Assembly (NCBI RefSeq): GCF_963921235.1
Contig: NC_086097.1
Span: 150,600,001 to 150,664,000, forward strand
DNA length: 64,000 nucleotides
Direction: 5' to 3'
Source: Mobula hypostoma
Taxonomy: Eukaryota
The translations under genes were made by a program, and so were the position numbers. The notes beneath the pieces were generated by a model that did not search any database, had not been told where the DNA came from, and saw nothing but the letters and a program-made list of their open reading frames with translations. Positions 13,401-26,769 of the stretch are shown piece by piece (positions within the stretch are counted from its first letter, which is position 1; the number at the start of each line of letters is the position of its first letter).

Positions 13401-16400
13401 ATTTCCTCATAAGAAATGGGTTGATCCATCTGCTTGCAATTATCTGCAGGAAGTGCAGGGATATTTAATTGATCTAGAAAATTATTCATTACAATATTAT
13501 CTTTAGGGAAATCAGAACTATAAAGTTTAGAATAGAATTCTCTAAAGGTATCATTTATTTCAGAGTAATCAGTTGTCCTATCACCATTAGTTTTGCAAAT
13601 TTCTTTAATTTGTCGTTTAACTATATACGTTTTTACAGTAATTGGTTGGCCAATACTTAGCCTGATTTATCTCCGTGAATGCAAAATTGAGTTTTATCTT
13701 TAAGAAGTTGAGTTTCAATTGGATATGTTGACAGAAGATCATATTTAGTTTTAGCTTCAACATGTCTTTTATATAAAACAGGATCTGCAGCTATTGTATA
13801 TATTTGATCTAATTGTTTTAATTGATTGGCTAATTCAATTCTTTCTTTATTAGCTTTATCCTTAACACTCGCAGTATAAGAAATAATTTGTCCTCTAATA
13901 TAGGCCTTGAAAGCATCCCATACAATGAGATTAGAAGTCTCTTCCTTTTTATTCTCTTCAAAATACAAAATAATATGCTTCTCTAGAAATTTTTAAAATT
14001 CCTTATCAGTTAACAAAGTTGTATTAAAACGCCAAAATCTATTGGTTTGAAGAAGACCAGGGAGTTTTAAAGTTAAAAATATAAGAGCATGATCTGAAAC
14101 AGCAATCTCTTTATATTCACAGGATCGAACTGATGAAATCATTTGACTATCGATAAAAAAAAATCAATCCTGGAAAACGGAAAAAAGCATTCAAAGAAAC
14201 CTGGCTCATCTACATTTGGGCTGTACACATTGGCAAAAACAATTAATTTATTATCTAGTTTTCTTGAAACTGTAACAAAACATCCATTAGTATCAGGCAC
14301 TACTTTATGTTGGACAAAGGAAAGTGTATTATCTATGAGAATCGAAACTCCTCTAGATTTGGCCTGAAAAGAAGAGTGAAAACAAAGTCCATTCCAACGG
14401 CTAAAAAAACATAGATTATCACATTTGTGTATGTGAGTTTCTTGTAATTAAAAATAATAGGGACCTTAATTTCTTAATATAAGCAAAAATTTTATTACAC
14501 TCAACAGGGTGATTTAACCCAGTTAAAACTGAGTAAATTAATAGTTTGGTCCATTTTTAATATTATTTAATGGAAGGGTTAAAATGTAAGTTAAAAACCA
14601 AGCCATGAACCTTGAGAAATGGTAACCAAGCAACAAGTTGGCTAAAAATTTGAAAACAGCTTCTGGGAAGAAAACCCATAACCCCGCCCCTCCCCAAAGA
14701 AAGAAAACCGACCAATAGAATGTCGGCATCTACAAGCTACAGACAACCCCCCAAAAAACCTGGTGATCGCTCCAATTAGTTTCAAGGTTATTTATGTTCC
14801 AGCCTAGACTAAACAATACCCAAGCAAGAGATTCAATTCCCGTATATCAAAAATACAGTATTAAAAAATAGGAAAGGAAATTAGTTACAAAGGGTTACCA
14901 AAAGTAAAAGATACAATTATTCATACAGATAGACATTGAATATTAATCTTATATCTTCATGGAAAAACAGACTAAGCAAATTTAAAATAATCTTTGTGTT
15001 TCAGCATTCAAACAAAACCATTCGAAGGATCCATCTTTAATGAGTTTCTCAGTCAAACTGGGTAGACAAGGGATGGGTTAAAACCCTTGTTAAAAGAAAT
15101 TCCAACAGAGCTTGTTTAAACTTAGCACATTACTGCATAACCTCAAGTGAATAATCTTTGAGAATCTTAATATTCCACCCTATAACCAATCACGTCCCTT
15201 CGACGGGACTTGCGAATTAAAAGTATCTCATTTAATCTTGTGTCTTCATGTAAGGATAAACTAAACAGTTAGCCTTCGGATTTAACCTTCGCATTTTAAA
15301 AACTTTTGTGCTTGAACAGTCCAGCGGAACCATTCGAAAGAACCCTTTTAAAGTGTGATTCTGAGTCAGGCTGGATAGCGAAGGGAAGGCTTGAAACCCA
15401 TATTAAGAAGCTCGGACATAACTTCTTTGAACTTAACACGTTCCTGCATAACCTCAGGCGAATAATCTTCAACAATTCTAATCTTGCAACCATTATAGTC
15501 AATCATGCCTCTTCGACGAGATTCACGAATTAAGTCTTTCTTTGTTTTAAATTCCTGAAAACAGATTATTACTGATCCTGGTCTCTGAGCGTTAGGTGGT
15601 CTAAACGCAGGAGATCTGTGAACTCGATCGATCATAGGCACAGATGTCAAAATCTCCGGAAATAATTCTTGCAAAAAACTCCATAGAATGGTTACCTTTG
15701 ATTAATTCTTCGAGACACAGAACCCGTAGGTTGTTCTTTCTACCTCTATTTTCTAGGTCGATAATCTTCTGTCTTAACTTTTCGTTGGACTTCGATTGCT
15801 TTTCACAAAGCTTCTGCAATTCATCCACTTCCATTTTCAGAGCCAACAAATTTTCCTCATTATTTTTAATACGTTTATCCTGTTCATTAAGAGTTTGTTG
15901 AATAGAATCCAATTTACCATCTATTTGTTTAAATTCAGTGTTGAATTGTTGAAACTTCTCAGAGGCTTGTCGTGTATGACTCTGCAGTAATTCCATAATA
16001 GAATCCAAAGAGGCAGGAAAATCATCCTTTTTAGTACCTCTGGCACTCCTTCCAGCCATAATGAAAGAATATCACACTTCAAAAAGAAGTTTCAAGACAG
16101 GTTGGAAATAGTAAGATAGTTAGAGGAGCAACGGCAGATTGCTGTTACTCCATCAGCTACCACCAGGAGATTTCAGCTATCAGAGATGCTAAGAGACAGT
16201 ACCAGCCCAGAATTAAGTCTCAGTCTTGCTGTTAGAAGTGGCAGAGCTTACATATTATAACTGGTTACAAAACAAAATTGGGCAGCATTGCCAGCAACAG
16301 CACATCCTTTCTTGATGAGCTTATTCACTCTATGCATGTTTTGAACAGAGGGAACAGATACGACACACCCACCTTGACAGAGTCTGGTGCACCTAAATCT

Positions 16401-17900
16401 GCATAGTCAACATCACAGACATAAGATCAGTCTTCTGTTCAGTGAACCAGTGGAAAGCATTGGGTTCAGATGGCGTTCCTGCCTTCACCTTAAATCCCCT
16501 GTGAATTAGTTGGCAGGGGTATTTACAGACTTTTTTTATCTTACCCTATTTTAGACTGTGGTTCCCTCCTGCTTTATGAAGTCCACCACCATCCTGGCAC
16601 ACAAGAAAAACAAGATACTGTACCTCAACGATTTCCACCCAGTGGCTCTGATAGCTATGATCATAAAGTGTTTTGAAAGACTAGCCATGGCATGCATCAA
16701 CTCCAGCTTTCCAGAAAACTATGACCCACCGCAATTTGCCAATCTATGAAACAGGTCTATGGCAAATGCCATCTCCCTAGCCTTACATTGTACTATCTGG
16801 ATGTTAGACTATTGTTTATTGAATATAGCTCTGCCTTCACTACTTATTATTCCAAGCAAAGTCATCACCAAACCCTCTGCAACTGGATCCTTGACTTCAT
16901 GACCAATAGACCACCATCAGTAAAGACAGGCAGCAGCACCTCTGCCACCATTATTTTAAACACTGGTGCTCCATAATTTTGCCTTCTTCAGCTCCCTGCT
17001 CTACTCCCTGTACACTCATGACTGCATGGACATATTCTTCTCTAACTCCTGCTATAAGTTTGCAGATGATACCACTGTAGTGGGCCATCCCTCAAATACT
17101 GATGAGTTGGAGTACAAGAACAGAGAGCTTAGTAACATGGTGTCATGATAACAAACTTTCCCTCAATTTCAACAAAAGAGCTGATAATTGACTTCAGAAG
17201 GAGCGGGGTGGTGAATATGCTCCTGTCTATATCAACAGTAATGAGGGTAAAAAGTTTGAGAGCTTCAATTTGTTAGGTGTGATCATCACCAGCCTGTGCT
17301 GGTCCAACTATGTGGGTGTCATGACCAAAAAAGCTCACCACCATCTCTACTTCCTGGGGAGGCTGAAAAAATTTAGCATGTCCCCGTTGACCCTTACCAA
17401 CTTTTATTGATACACCATACAAAGCATTCTATCTGGATGCATTAACAGCTAATGCTCTGCACGTGACACCAAGCGAGTTGTGGACACAGGTCAGTATATC
17501 GTGTGAATGAGCTGACCTGGACTTGGTCTATATTTCTTGCTGCCTCAGTAAACCCTCCAGCATAATCAAAGACCCCATCCACCCAGACACCTTTCTACTA
17601 TCTATTGGGCAAAAGATACAAAAGCCTGAAATCCCATGCCACCAAGTTCAAGGACAGCTTCTATCCCACTGTGATCAGACACTTTAATGGACCTCTTGTA
17701 CGATAAGATGAGCTCATGGGCTCACAATCTACCTCATTGTGATCTTGAGCTTTATCGTTCAGCTGCAATGCATTTTTCGCAGTTATTACACTTCATTCTG
17801 CAATTTTTTTTAACCTTATTCTACCGCACTGCACTGTGTAATGATTTGATCAGTATAAATGGTGCGTTAAGATACACTTTTCATAAAGAAAACAATACCA
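10470..17900 (+). mobile_element. Rex-Babar-type LINE interrupted by the L1 (10470-10708 plus 16175-17900)
   Basis: Sequence continues across the L1 target duplication; VPSCFMKSTTI, PVAL...KCFERL and KFADDTTVVG motifs. Confidence 0.75.
10709..16174 (-). mobile_element. Near full-length decayed L1-clade LINE (ORF1 + ORF2)
   Basis: ORF1 (coiled coil, DLENRGRKNNLRV, IDRVHR) at 16059-15300. ORF2 fragments SYRPISLLNAD, SLDAEKAFDRV, QGCPLSPLLF, YTDD and C-terminal CDRC...H...C. Flanked by an approximately 16-bp duplication AGCCATCGGAGATGCT (10693-10708) / AGCTATCAGAGATGCT (16175-16190). Confidence 0.92.
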
Positions 17901-19663
17901 ATACTTCTTAATGCATTGCTGTAATGAATTGTTCTGCATCAACAGTAATCAAGACAGGTTTATCACTTTATTTTGGTACATGTGACAAGAAAAAAATCAA
18001 GGAGACACAAAGAACTCACACACAGACAAAGCTCACAATGCAAAGCATATTGCGGTCATGCAAGACATGTGAGCACCATCATACTGTACTGGCTCACTTC
18101 TTTCCATTTTTGAAAATAATATTATTAAAATTCCATATGGGAACATAAATCAATGTATAAATCGTGTTTTTGCAGTTGTGTTATTTGTTGTTTTCGGTTC
18201 CATTTTTGCTGTAGTTGGAACATTTTTGTATCCTTTGTTAACAAAAAGCACTGCCTTTTAGGCCATTGCATGGATTAACCTAAAGGATTAACCAGTACAG
18301 AGGCTTTCAGTTCTGAGATCAAGATTGCTACAAGACGTGCAGGTATGATCTCTGGAAAACTATCTCACAGACAGAGTAGAGATACTGAACTAGACTGGAA
18401 TCAACATGAGATGCTCAATAGCTGTGGAAGGAGGAAGATCATCCTCCTACAAAGATAAATCTGATGAAATGGGGGACAGCAGAGCTTCGCTTTCAGTTGA
18501 GCTCAGTTTGACCACCAGAACAGGCAGGAACCAATGCGCACCCCCCACATCTCCCGATGATCCTTTGGTCTCAGTATCTGAAGATGACGTGCGGGCTGCC
18601 TTCAAGAGACCGAATCCAAGGAAAGCATCCAGTCCGGACAGAGTACCTGGTTGTGTACTGAAGACCTGTGCCGACCAACTGGCTGGTGTGTTCACAGATA
18701 TCTTCGACCTCCCGCTCAGGCAGGGTGTGGTACCCAGCTGCTTGAAGAGGATTTCAATCATACCGGTGATCAAGAACAGCGTGGTAACCTGTCTCAGTGA
18801 CTATCCCCCAGTGGCACTTACATCCACAGTGATGAAGTGCTTTGAGAGGCTAGTGTTGAAACATATGAGCTCCTGTCTGAGTGGTGACCTGGATCCGCTC
18901 CAATTTGGGTATCGAAGCAACAGGTCCACAGAATATGCCATCTCATTGGCTCTTCACACAGCCCTTGAGCATCTAGACAGCAAAGATGCATAAGTCAGAT
19001 GCTCTTTGTTGATTACAGTTCAGCATTCAACACCATCATCCGCTCAAAACTAACCAGTAAACTTCAAGACCTGGGCATCAATACTCCTTCGCGCCACCCC
19101 CCACCCCCCATGCAACTGGATGCTGGAGTTTCTCACTTGCAGACCTCAGTCAGCTTGGATTGGCAAAAAATCTCCTCCACAATCTCCATCAGCACAGGAG
19201 CACCACAGGGATGTGTGCTTAGCCTCCTGCTCTACTCACTTTACCCCCATGACTGTGACTGCGGGGCTAAGTACAGCTCCAACACCATATACAAGTTTGC
19301 TGATGCCACCGCTGTTGTGGGCTGTATCAAAGGTGGTGATGAATCAGCATACAGGAAAGAAATTAAAAATCTGGCTAAGTGGTGTAATAGCAATAATCCC
19401 TCGCTCAATGTCAATTAGACCAAGGAACTGATTGTAGACTTCAGGAGAGAAAATCTAGAGGTCCATGAGCCAGACCTCATCAGAGCAGCAGAGGTGGAAG
19501 GGGTTAGTAACTTTAAATTCCTGGGTGTCACTACCTCGGAGAACCTGTCCTGGACCCATTATATAAATATAATTGCAAAGAAAGCATGACAGTGCCTCTA
19601 TTTCTTCAGGAGTCTATGGAGATTCAGCATGTCATCAAAAACCTTAACAAATTCTATAGATGT

Positions 19664-20231
19664 TGTTAGAGTGAGTTTTTTGGGTAGATGATTTGTTTAC
19701 ACTTATGACTTTGGCCACCAGACTTCTATTTGACAAAGTACCGTGGATTGAGTCCACAACACTGCGCTTCCTAAAAAGGTGTGAATAGCAGATGCTTCTG
19801 GCGCAGTAGTTTGACCAGATGCTGTAGTTTCGAAGACAGTATTACCTATACATTATATATATTAATTGTCTTCTATGTTAGCATGTGAAATGCCAAATAA
19901 ATGTATTGTGGATTTAACTTGCATTTCTAAAGGCTGTGGATACCAACCCAGACATGTTAGCACCGGAAGGAAAGGATGAAGTCAGAAGGTGTGATGTTTG
20001 TAGGTAGCTTCAAAAGGAAGCAAAGTCTATGCATTGTCTATAACATTTTAAGTAGCGATTGCCTTTGTGTTTAGCATATAAATATCAAGGCCACATTGGG
20101 CTAGCAGACCCTTCTACCGAAAGCATTTCTGTCCGTATGATGCCTGCTGTACCTTGTTGTGTCGAATAAAGAAGTTGCTTTGTGTCTACCAGTGACTCGG
20201 TCTCTCCAGTGATTTCGCCCACGCTACAACA
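19664..20231 (+). mobile_element. Solo LTR, 568 bp
   Basis: TGTT...AACA termini, perfect 5-bp TSD GATGT (19659-19663 / 20232-20236), internal AATAAA near 20165. The host LINE resumes after it. Confidence 0.8.
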
Positions 20232-20685
20232 GATGTGTAGTGGAAAGTGTACTGATTGGCTGGATTATCATGGCCTGATACGGGAACACCAGTGCCTTTG
20301 AGCAGAAAATCCTACAAAAGTTAGTGAATTCGACCCAGTACTTCACTGGTAAAGCCCTCCCAACCACTGAGCACATCTGCACAAAACGCTGTCATAGAAA
20401 AGCATTATTCATCATCAAAGATCCTCACCACCCAGACCATCCTCTTTTCTCACTGCTGCCATCAAGTAGAAGGTACAAGTGTCTCTGGACTCACACCACC
20501 AGGTTCAAGAACAGTATCTAGCCCTCAACTATCAGTCTCTTGAACAAAGACGAGTAACTATACTCACTTTATTTCATTCTATTTCTCCTGTTCCCACAAC
20601 TGATGGTCTCGCTTTAAGGACTCCTTATTTTGTTATTTCATGCTCTCATTATTTATCACTATAAATACTTTGGCACATGCCAGTG

Positions 20686-20910
20686 TTGGTGCATGGCCAC
20701 ATGGTTAAGGTGTCGGTCTAGTGATCTGAAGGTCGCTAGTTTGAGCCTCAGCTGAGGCAGTGTGTTGTGTCCTTGAGCAAGGCACTTAACCACACATTGT
20801 TCTGCGATGGCACCGGTGCCAAACTGAATGGGTCCTAGTGCCCTTCCCTTGGACAACATCGGTCTTCCATACAACCTTGCCCAGGCCTCAGTCAACATCA
20901 AAATCGAAGA
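20686..20910 (+). mobile_element. tRNA-derived CORE-type SINE
   Basis: tRNA-like head (tggccacatggttaagg ... gtttgagcc) followed by gtgtccttgagcaaggcacttaacc, a CORE-like motif. Confidence 0.65.
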
Positions 20911-21206
20911 GAAGATTTATTGCTATTTATCTATAGTTGCATTTGAACAGTTTGTTCTCTTCAATGCTCTTGTTCTTTCATTGATTCTGTTTACAGATAC
21001 TGCTCTATAGATTTGCTAAATATGCCTGCAGGAAAAAGGAATCTTCGCAGGGTTGTATGTGGTGACATATACATATATACTCAGATAATAAATTTTACTT
21101 TGATCTTTTGAACTTTGACTATATAATACTGTGGCTTTCCAAAAGTATTCAATACAATTCAAATAGTCTGACAGATGTGCCTAATGAATGGTTCATTGCT
21201 GCTCAC

Positions 21207-21371
21207 CTGGGATAGCTTCATGTGCTGTGAGAACCACACTGATAATTGGTTTTTTTCCTCCTCCGTTTTGATCAGCATCCTTATATGGCAACTTTTCATT
21301 TTTTTGCCAACGTGGTCTCTTAATTGCCCTCTCTCTTTCCTCATTCAGTTCTGCTTCAGGGTCCATTTTAT
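21207..21371 (-). CDS. ZFAT: ZFAT coding exon 4
   Basis: ctcgctag| acceptor, AG|GTGAGC donor, 165 bp. Translates (D)KMDPEAELNEERERAIKRPRWQKNEKLPYKDADQNGGGKKPIISVVLTAHEAIP; KKPIISVVLTAHEAIP is the conserved ZFAT motif. Confidence 0.95.
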
Positions 21372-22794
21372 CTAGCGAGAAAGGGAGAGGAAGAGAGAAT
21401 GTAAACTAATATATCAAATACCAGTCCTGTCCACATCATCAGATGCTTTGAAATATTATTCTCCACGATGTGTAAGGAGAGTTTGCCCTTATGTTCCCAG
21501 CTACTAAGAATTGATTCTCTGTTTTATTTTTATTTCTCCTCTCTCTTTTTATTCTCTTTTGTTTATCACTGATCACTTCTGAGCTACTGATCTCAATGAC
21601 TTGCTTCTATCCAAAACAAGAGCAGCTATTTTTTTCATGATCATGCTCGCATAAACCAACTACATACAAGGACTTTCAGAACGCGTGGGAACTTATTCCA
21701 CAACTAGAATTTTTCTTGTCCAAAAGCAAATGTCATGCACCTGTTCCCATCCAAATGTAATAACCCAATTTGGCACAGAACAGTTCAAAATGGGTTCTGT
21801 CCTAGGTTCTTTACCATTTTTGTAAAGAAAAGCAGAATAGAGGGCAAACAACACAAACAACAAAGGGTCAAACGAAGGGTCTCGGCCTGAAACTTTGACT
21901 GCACCTCTTCCTAGAGATGCTGCCTGGCCTGCCGCGTTCACCAGCAACTTTGACGTGTGTTGCCAGAATAGAGGGCAATAGGTCAAATAGTACTACAAAG
22001 GACTCCAGCATTGAAATGTAACAGCCATTAATTGCAAGAACGTCCCAAACAAGATGGAAGTATTATTTAAGTTACAATTAGCATCAGAGAAAAGAATTAA
22101 AAATTAACAGACTTTGGGCACTTCATCATTATGAGATTTTGGTGCTATTGGTTGAGTGCTGGTGCCAGAAGTAATTTGAAACATTATCTACCTCTGCAGT
22201 CAAAAGAACTTTGTAGGTCAAGTGTTAATGGCAATTTTTGCTGGCTGCACTGCCTGCCATGCCTCCCAAAAAACCTCACAGCTTCAAAGATCATTAAAAA
22301 CCAAGTCACTTGCCTCTTCAGCAATGGTGTACAGGAAAGTACAAGGAAAAGTAATCAGAACAACCCTAATTTTGTATTTCATGGAGTCCATATTTAGTTT
22401 AGACCATAACCTAATTTCAGACAGAAAACTCACAAGTGACCTCAAGCTTATGAATTGTGTTGGCCAGAAAAGACTACAATCCACAAACCAGTGAGTAGGA
22501 GTGAGGCAAGCTTCAGAGTTGTGTTGGCCAGAAAAGACTACAATCCACAAACCAGTGAATAGCAGCAAGGCAAGGGTGGTGGAAACAAAAAAAAAACAAA
22601 AGTCTTTGTTCTTGCCATGTTGCAGGAATGAAAGCAGCCATCTTGTAAGACTGTTCTTGCAGCTGCCATTTTGTGAACTATTCGGTTCTTGCTCAAGGAT
22701 AGCTTAATCAGAGCTATCTCTGACCAATGTGAACACAAGGAGTTTCTGCAGATAGGAAGCTGTTTATTATGTAGAATAGCAGGCTTGCAGAAAG

Positions 22795-22937
22795 CATGCA
22801 TCCCATCCTGCAAAAACTCATTTCAGGGAGGTAGCACACCACACCCCCCCCCCCCCCGCCGACATCCAAGGGTGCATGTATACAGGACATTTGATTATGA
22901 AAGAACACAACAATTTATTTGATCACATATTGAAACT

Positions 22938-22972
<35 letters not shown>

Positions 22973-25391
22973 TATATCCTTGTTGAGTATTTTGTAGGCA
23001 GTCTCAATGCTAATACCTAAATGCTAATACAAATAGCTTTTCTATTTCTTTCGGAAACTTTCCTTGTACTGTGATGTGGCTTGCTTGGCAGATTTGAGCA
23101 TTTTGCCGGAAGTCTCAACCTCATAGCAGTCTGTGTCAATGAATTTGTTAATTTTGCAAGACATCAGATTTGCAAGTGTTTTGTGAGACAGCTGACTTCT
23201 GAATTCTGTCTTAATGTGACACACCATGCTGAATGCCCTTTCTACATCACAATTAGAATTTGGCAGTACCAAAAGCAGCTTCATCAACTAGCAGAGCTCT
23301 TTGAATCTCAACTGCCTTGTGCTCACAGATTTTACTTTGGACAGCTTCCCCCAGAACTCATCAACTGGCAAACTTTTGTAGTTTGGCACCAGTCCTTTGA
23401 GGTTAGTTGAGACATAATCCAGGACTTCCAAGTGGAGCTGTTCTCTTGCATCTGCCTTGATCACATTTGGAAATCTCTCTGCCAAAGTCAAAATCTGGTC
23501 TGGATTCACCTAATCTTGGCTCTCTGTATTGACCACTGACAGTTTTTTCAAGATTTGGTCTCTCATTGGGAACTTCTCCAAGACTTTTTGAAAGCATCTG
23601 ACATAGAATGCTCTAGCATCTTTGAAGAACTGCTTTGTCTTGTAAGGGGGGATCTCTTGTGCTTATTCGCTTAGCAACTGCCTCCTTGCCAGGTACCCAG
23701 TAAAAAGCTTTTCATCTGGGCGGTGAATTTCAGGGTTGCTCACATCTATCTCCTGAATGTTCTGTTCTCTCAATACCTTTGGCTCAATAAATCTGCTTGC
23801 TATGTCAGGCAGGAGCTCTTCTACACTCTGATCCAACTTGAAGAGGATAGGTGCCTTGTTTTGAAAAATCAAATTGAATTTGTCAAAACATTATATGACA
23901 TCATGGAGAAAGTATGTGTATATTTTCATTTGGGGGTCTTTCAGCCTCTTCTGAATATGAGATGACTTCTGATTCTCACTCTTTGACTCAAACTATGAAA
24001 TAAAGGCTGGCCATTGGTGGAGCAGATGGTCCAAACATTTTCCTAAAGAAAGCCAGCATGTAGGACAATGCTTTTGTACTCTTTGCTGGACAACATTGCA
24101 GAACTCTTGAGACTGTTTTAAGTCTTCTCTTTGCAACTTTTCTCAGAGTAGTAGTAGATGTCAATGAGCAGTTGTTCAGGTGACATTGAGAGCTCCTTAG
24201 CAGCAGTTTTGGCACAAATATTGACCAGGTGACTTAGACAGCCAACGCTGTAAATATGAGGGGCCTGTGCTTTCACTCTTGATAAGACAGAGTTGTTTTT
24301 GCCAATCATCACATTGCAGTTGTCACTGCTAAATCCTACACGGTTAGACCATTCAAGGCCTTTGTCATGCACGGATGATGCAATGCAGTTGAATATGTTT
24401 TCAGCTTTGGCATCATTGCACACTGGCATGTCTACAAATCCAACTGTTACCTTATCCTGTGTTTCATTCTAGTACCTGGCTAAAATGGTACATTTCTTCT
24501 CACACATGATATCATTGTTTTCGTCAACCAAAATACTGTATGGCCTTTTTTCTGTCCGGATGAACTTGTACAGATCCTCTGAACATTCAGGTTCCAGCGT
24601 CATGTTCACAATTGCTGCTGTCTTGGTTGACGAGCAGGCATAGTTTTTTGCTATTTCTGTACTTATATTATATTATATTTTCAATAGACAATAGATGCAG
24701 GAGTAGGCCATTCAGCCCTTCAAGCCAGCACAACCATTCACTGTGATCATGGCTAATCATCCACAATCAGTACCCCATTTCTGCCTTCTCCCCATATCCC
24801 TTGACTCCGCTATCTTTATCATGAGTCGTTTTTTATTCTATTACATCTTTAAGCATGTCTACAGGGAGGTTGGCCTCATCACGTAGGACGTCAATAGAGT
24901 AGCTCCTTAGCAGCTAGCCAACTAGTTTAAATAACATTACCTATGCTAATGAACGAATGACACCTGTTAAGCTCACCTCAACATGCCTTTTACAGTCATT
25001 TGGGCAATAGAAAAGTCACTGTTGCAAACAGTACAGTAAGCAACACTGTCGATATTTTTGACCCCTGTTAGGCAGGGGTATACTTTAGCGTAGTCTGAGG
25101 TGAAGTGAGTTTTTTTTTGAAACACTCTGCCATGGCGGTGCAGGACTAAAACTGAACTGATGGCGAGGCAGAGGTCGACTGTAAAGTCCGCCCACAGAGA
25201 AAACTGATAGGTCTACTTAGCACAAAGAGAGACCAATCAGGATGATCGCTCTCGCTCCCACTCCCACTCTCGCTCTTTCTCTCTCTCAAAAAAATCTATT
25301 TCTGGGATATTGTATATAATTTACGGGTGTCAGGGAGCTGCCATCAATATGCGGGAGACTCCCGGAACTTCCGGGACGGGTGGGATGTCTG
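22795..25391 (-). mobile_element. hAT transposon with decayed transposase and 6-bp TSD
   Basis: Imperfect TIRs CATGCATCCCATCC / GGGTGGGATGTCTG, TSD AGAAAG on both sides. Transposase pieces include GFSSDNCNVMIG...GCLSHLVNI (CxxH) and LVLPNSNCDVERAFS (hAT C-terminal). Confidence 0.88.
22943..22968. repeat. (CA)n microsatellite
   Basis: Run of CA dinucleotides. Confidence 0.95.
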
Positions 25392-26205
25392 AGAAAGAGC
25401 AGCCCGTGATCTGATTTATCAGGATTCAGTTTCTGGCTGATCTGGTTTGACTGGTTTGAACCATTCTGATTTGAAAAGAACAAAATAAATGTCCTAGGCC
25501 ACAAGGCTGGAGTAAAGAGCAAAAAAGCAATACTGCTTGTAGCCGTGGGCCACCTCCAATGGGAAGCTAACACAGGTCAGTCAGATGAGCTTGAGCCAGT
25601 GAGATTGAAGTATCATAAATTGACTTGATAAAGAAAAGAATATGAATGGAGTATCTGGGGAACACAGGCAACGACAACTCAGGAGACCAGCCAATATGGT
25701 TGTGGATAACTCCACTTTGGACATGTGGAGATTACTTTGGGATCACAAGGAATGCCTGGTCAGCATAGACTCCCTTTCTTGAGTATTACCTTTACTATTC
25801 TTTGACTGTTCATGGAGGTCAGGGAAACCTAGTGGTTGTGCACAAAGATACTTAGTGCATAAATTCACATGCTTGTTAGCTGAGACAATAAAGGTACTTG
25901 TCAAATACAAATCTTCTCTGTGCCTAACTGATCATTATTGTTGACGGTTAATACATACAACAGTTGGGTCCTGAAGTTGGGATTCTGGCACTCATTTTAG
26001 GCTGGGACTTTATTATGAGCATCAAGGAGAGATTTATAAATGAGCCTTGAAATTGTTAGAATTGGCAATTCAAATACTTCTCACAGTGAAATTATTGAGC
26101 TTTCCGTTCAAACTTTCACACCCATAAATGAAGAATAAAATCAAACTATATCTGGTTAAAAAACAATTTCACAATATTAGATCAGTGTGATTTATCAGGT
26201 ATTAC

Positions 26206-26472
26206 CGTCTTCTGCTTCATCTTCTTCCCCGCCATCATCCTTCAATACAACAAAGCAACGATGCTTCCGCAGCTGCCTCCTATTTGAGAACTTCCGACTG
26301 CACTTCCGACAATCCAAACTGTCTGATTCTTCCAAGTCTTCCTCGTCTTGGTCAGGTTTGCCCTCTGTGCTCAGGCCGCAGTTACTGGCATCTCCCGACT
26401 CCTCTGCTTCAGCATAGAATTTCTTCTTTGACCCTTTAGGTCTTCCTCTTTTTCTCTTTGCAGCTACTGTCA
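26206..26472 (-). CDS. ZFAT: ZFAT coding exon 3, AT-hook plus C2HC finger
   Basis: tattatag| acceptor, G|GTAATA donor, 267 bp, phase 1-1. Contains the KRKRGRPKGS AT-hook and CRKCSRKFSNRRQLRKHRC finger. An alternative in-frame AG lies 6 nt downstream of the acceptor. Confidence 0.93.
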
Positions 26473-26769
26473 CTATAATAAAACAGAGACATAACAGGGT
26501 TACACCAACTTTGTTAAAAGTTTCCATACCATTATGAATGATTCAATCAAATACCTATAGTTAAAATTATAACAGGCAAACCCTGTGTTACTAGGGTAGA
26601 GGAAGGGGTGTAGGGTTAAATATGCTAAAAATGGACTACACCACAATTTTCCATAACACAAAGTCATACCATCTGCACACATTATAAAAAAACCTAATTT
26701 TTCCCCACATATATTCTGAGACTGAATTGCATCATCTGAAATTTTTTGGGTGATGATTTGTGAATTCAG

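Larger units (their letters stand above)
18370..21115 (+). mobile_element. Rex-Babar-type LINE, interrupted by a solo LTR and a SINE
   Basis: [37 protein letters not shown] and GAPQGCVLS motifs, with an (actttg)-type 3' tail. Confidence 0.88.

Noticed and set aside
20686..20760. tRNA gene
   Set aside because: The A/B-box-like head is degenerate and runs into a CORE-like SINE body; there is no clean cloverleaf.
21430..21607. K/R-rich open stretch on the minus strand considered as ZFAT exon 4
   Set aside because: It has no ZFAT similarity and ends in a stop; the true exon 4 is 21371-21207.
26195..26527. Stand-alone 110-aa ORF with a hydrophobic N-terminus
   Set aside because: The N-terminus is translated intron (polypyrimidine tract); the real part is ZFAT exon 3.
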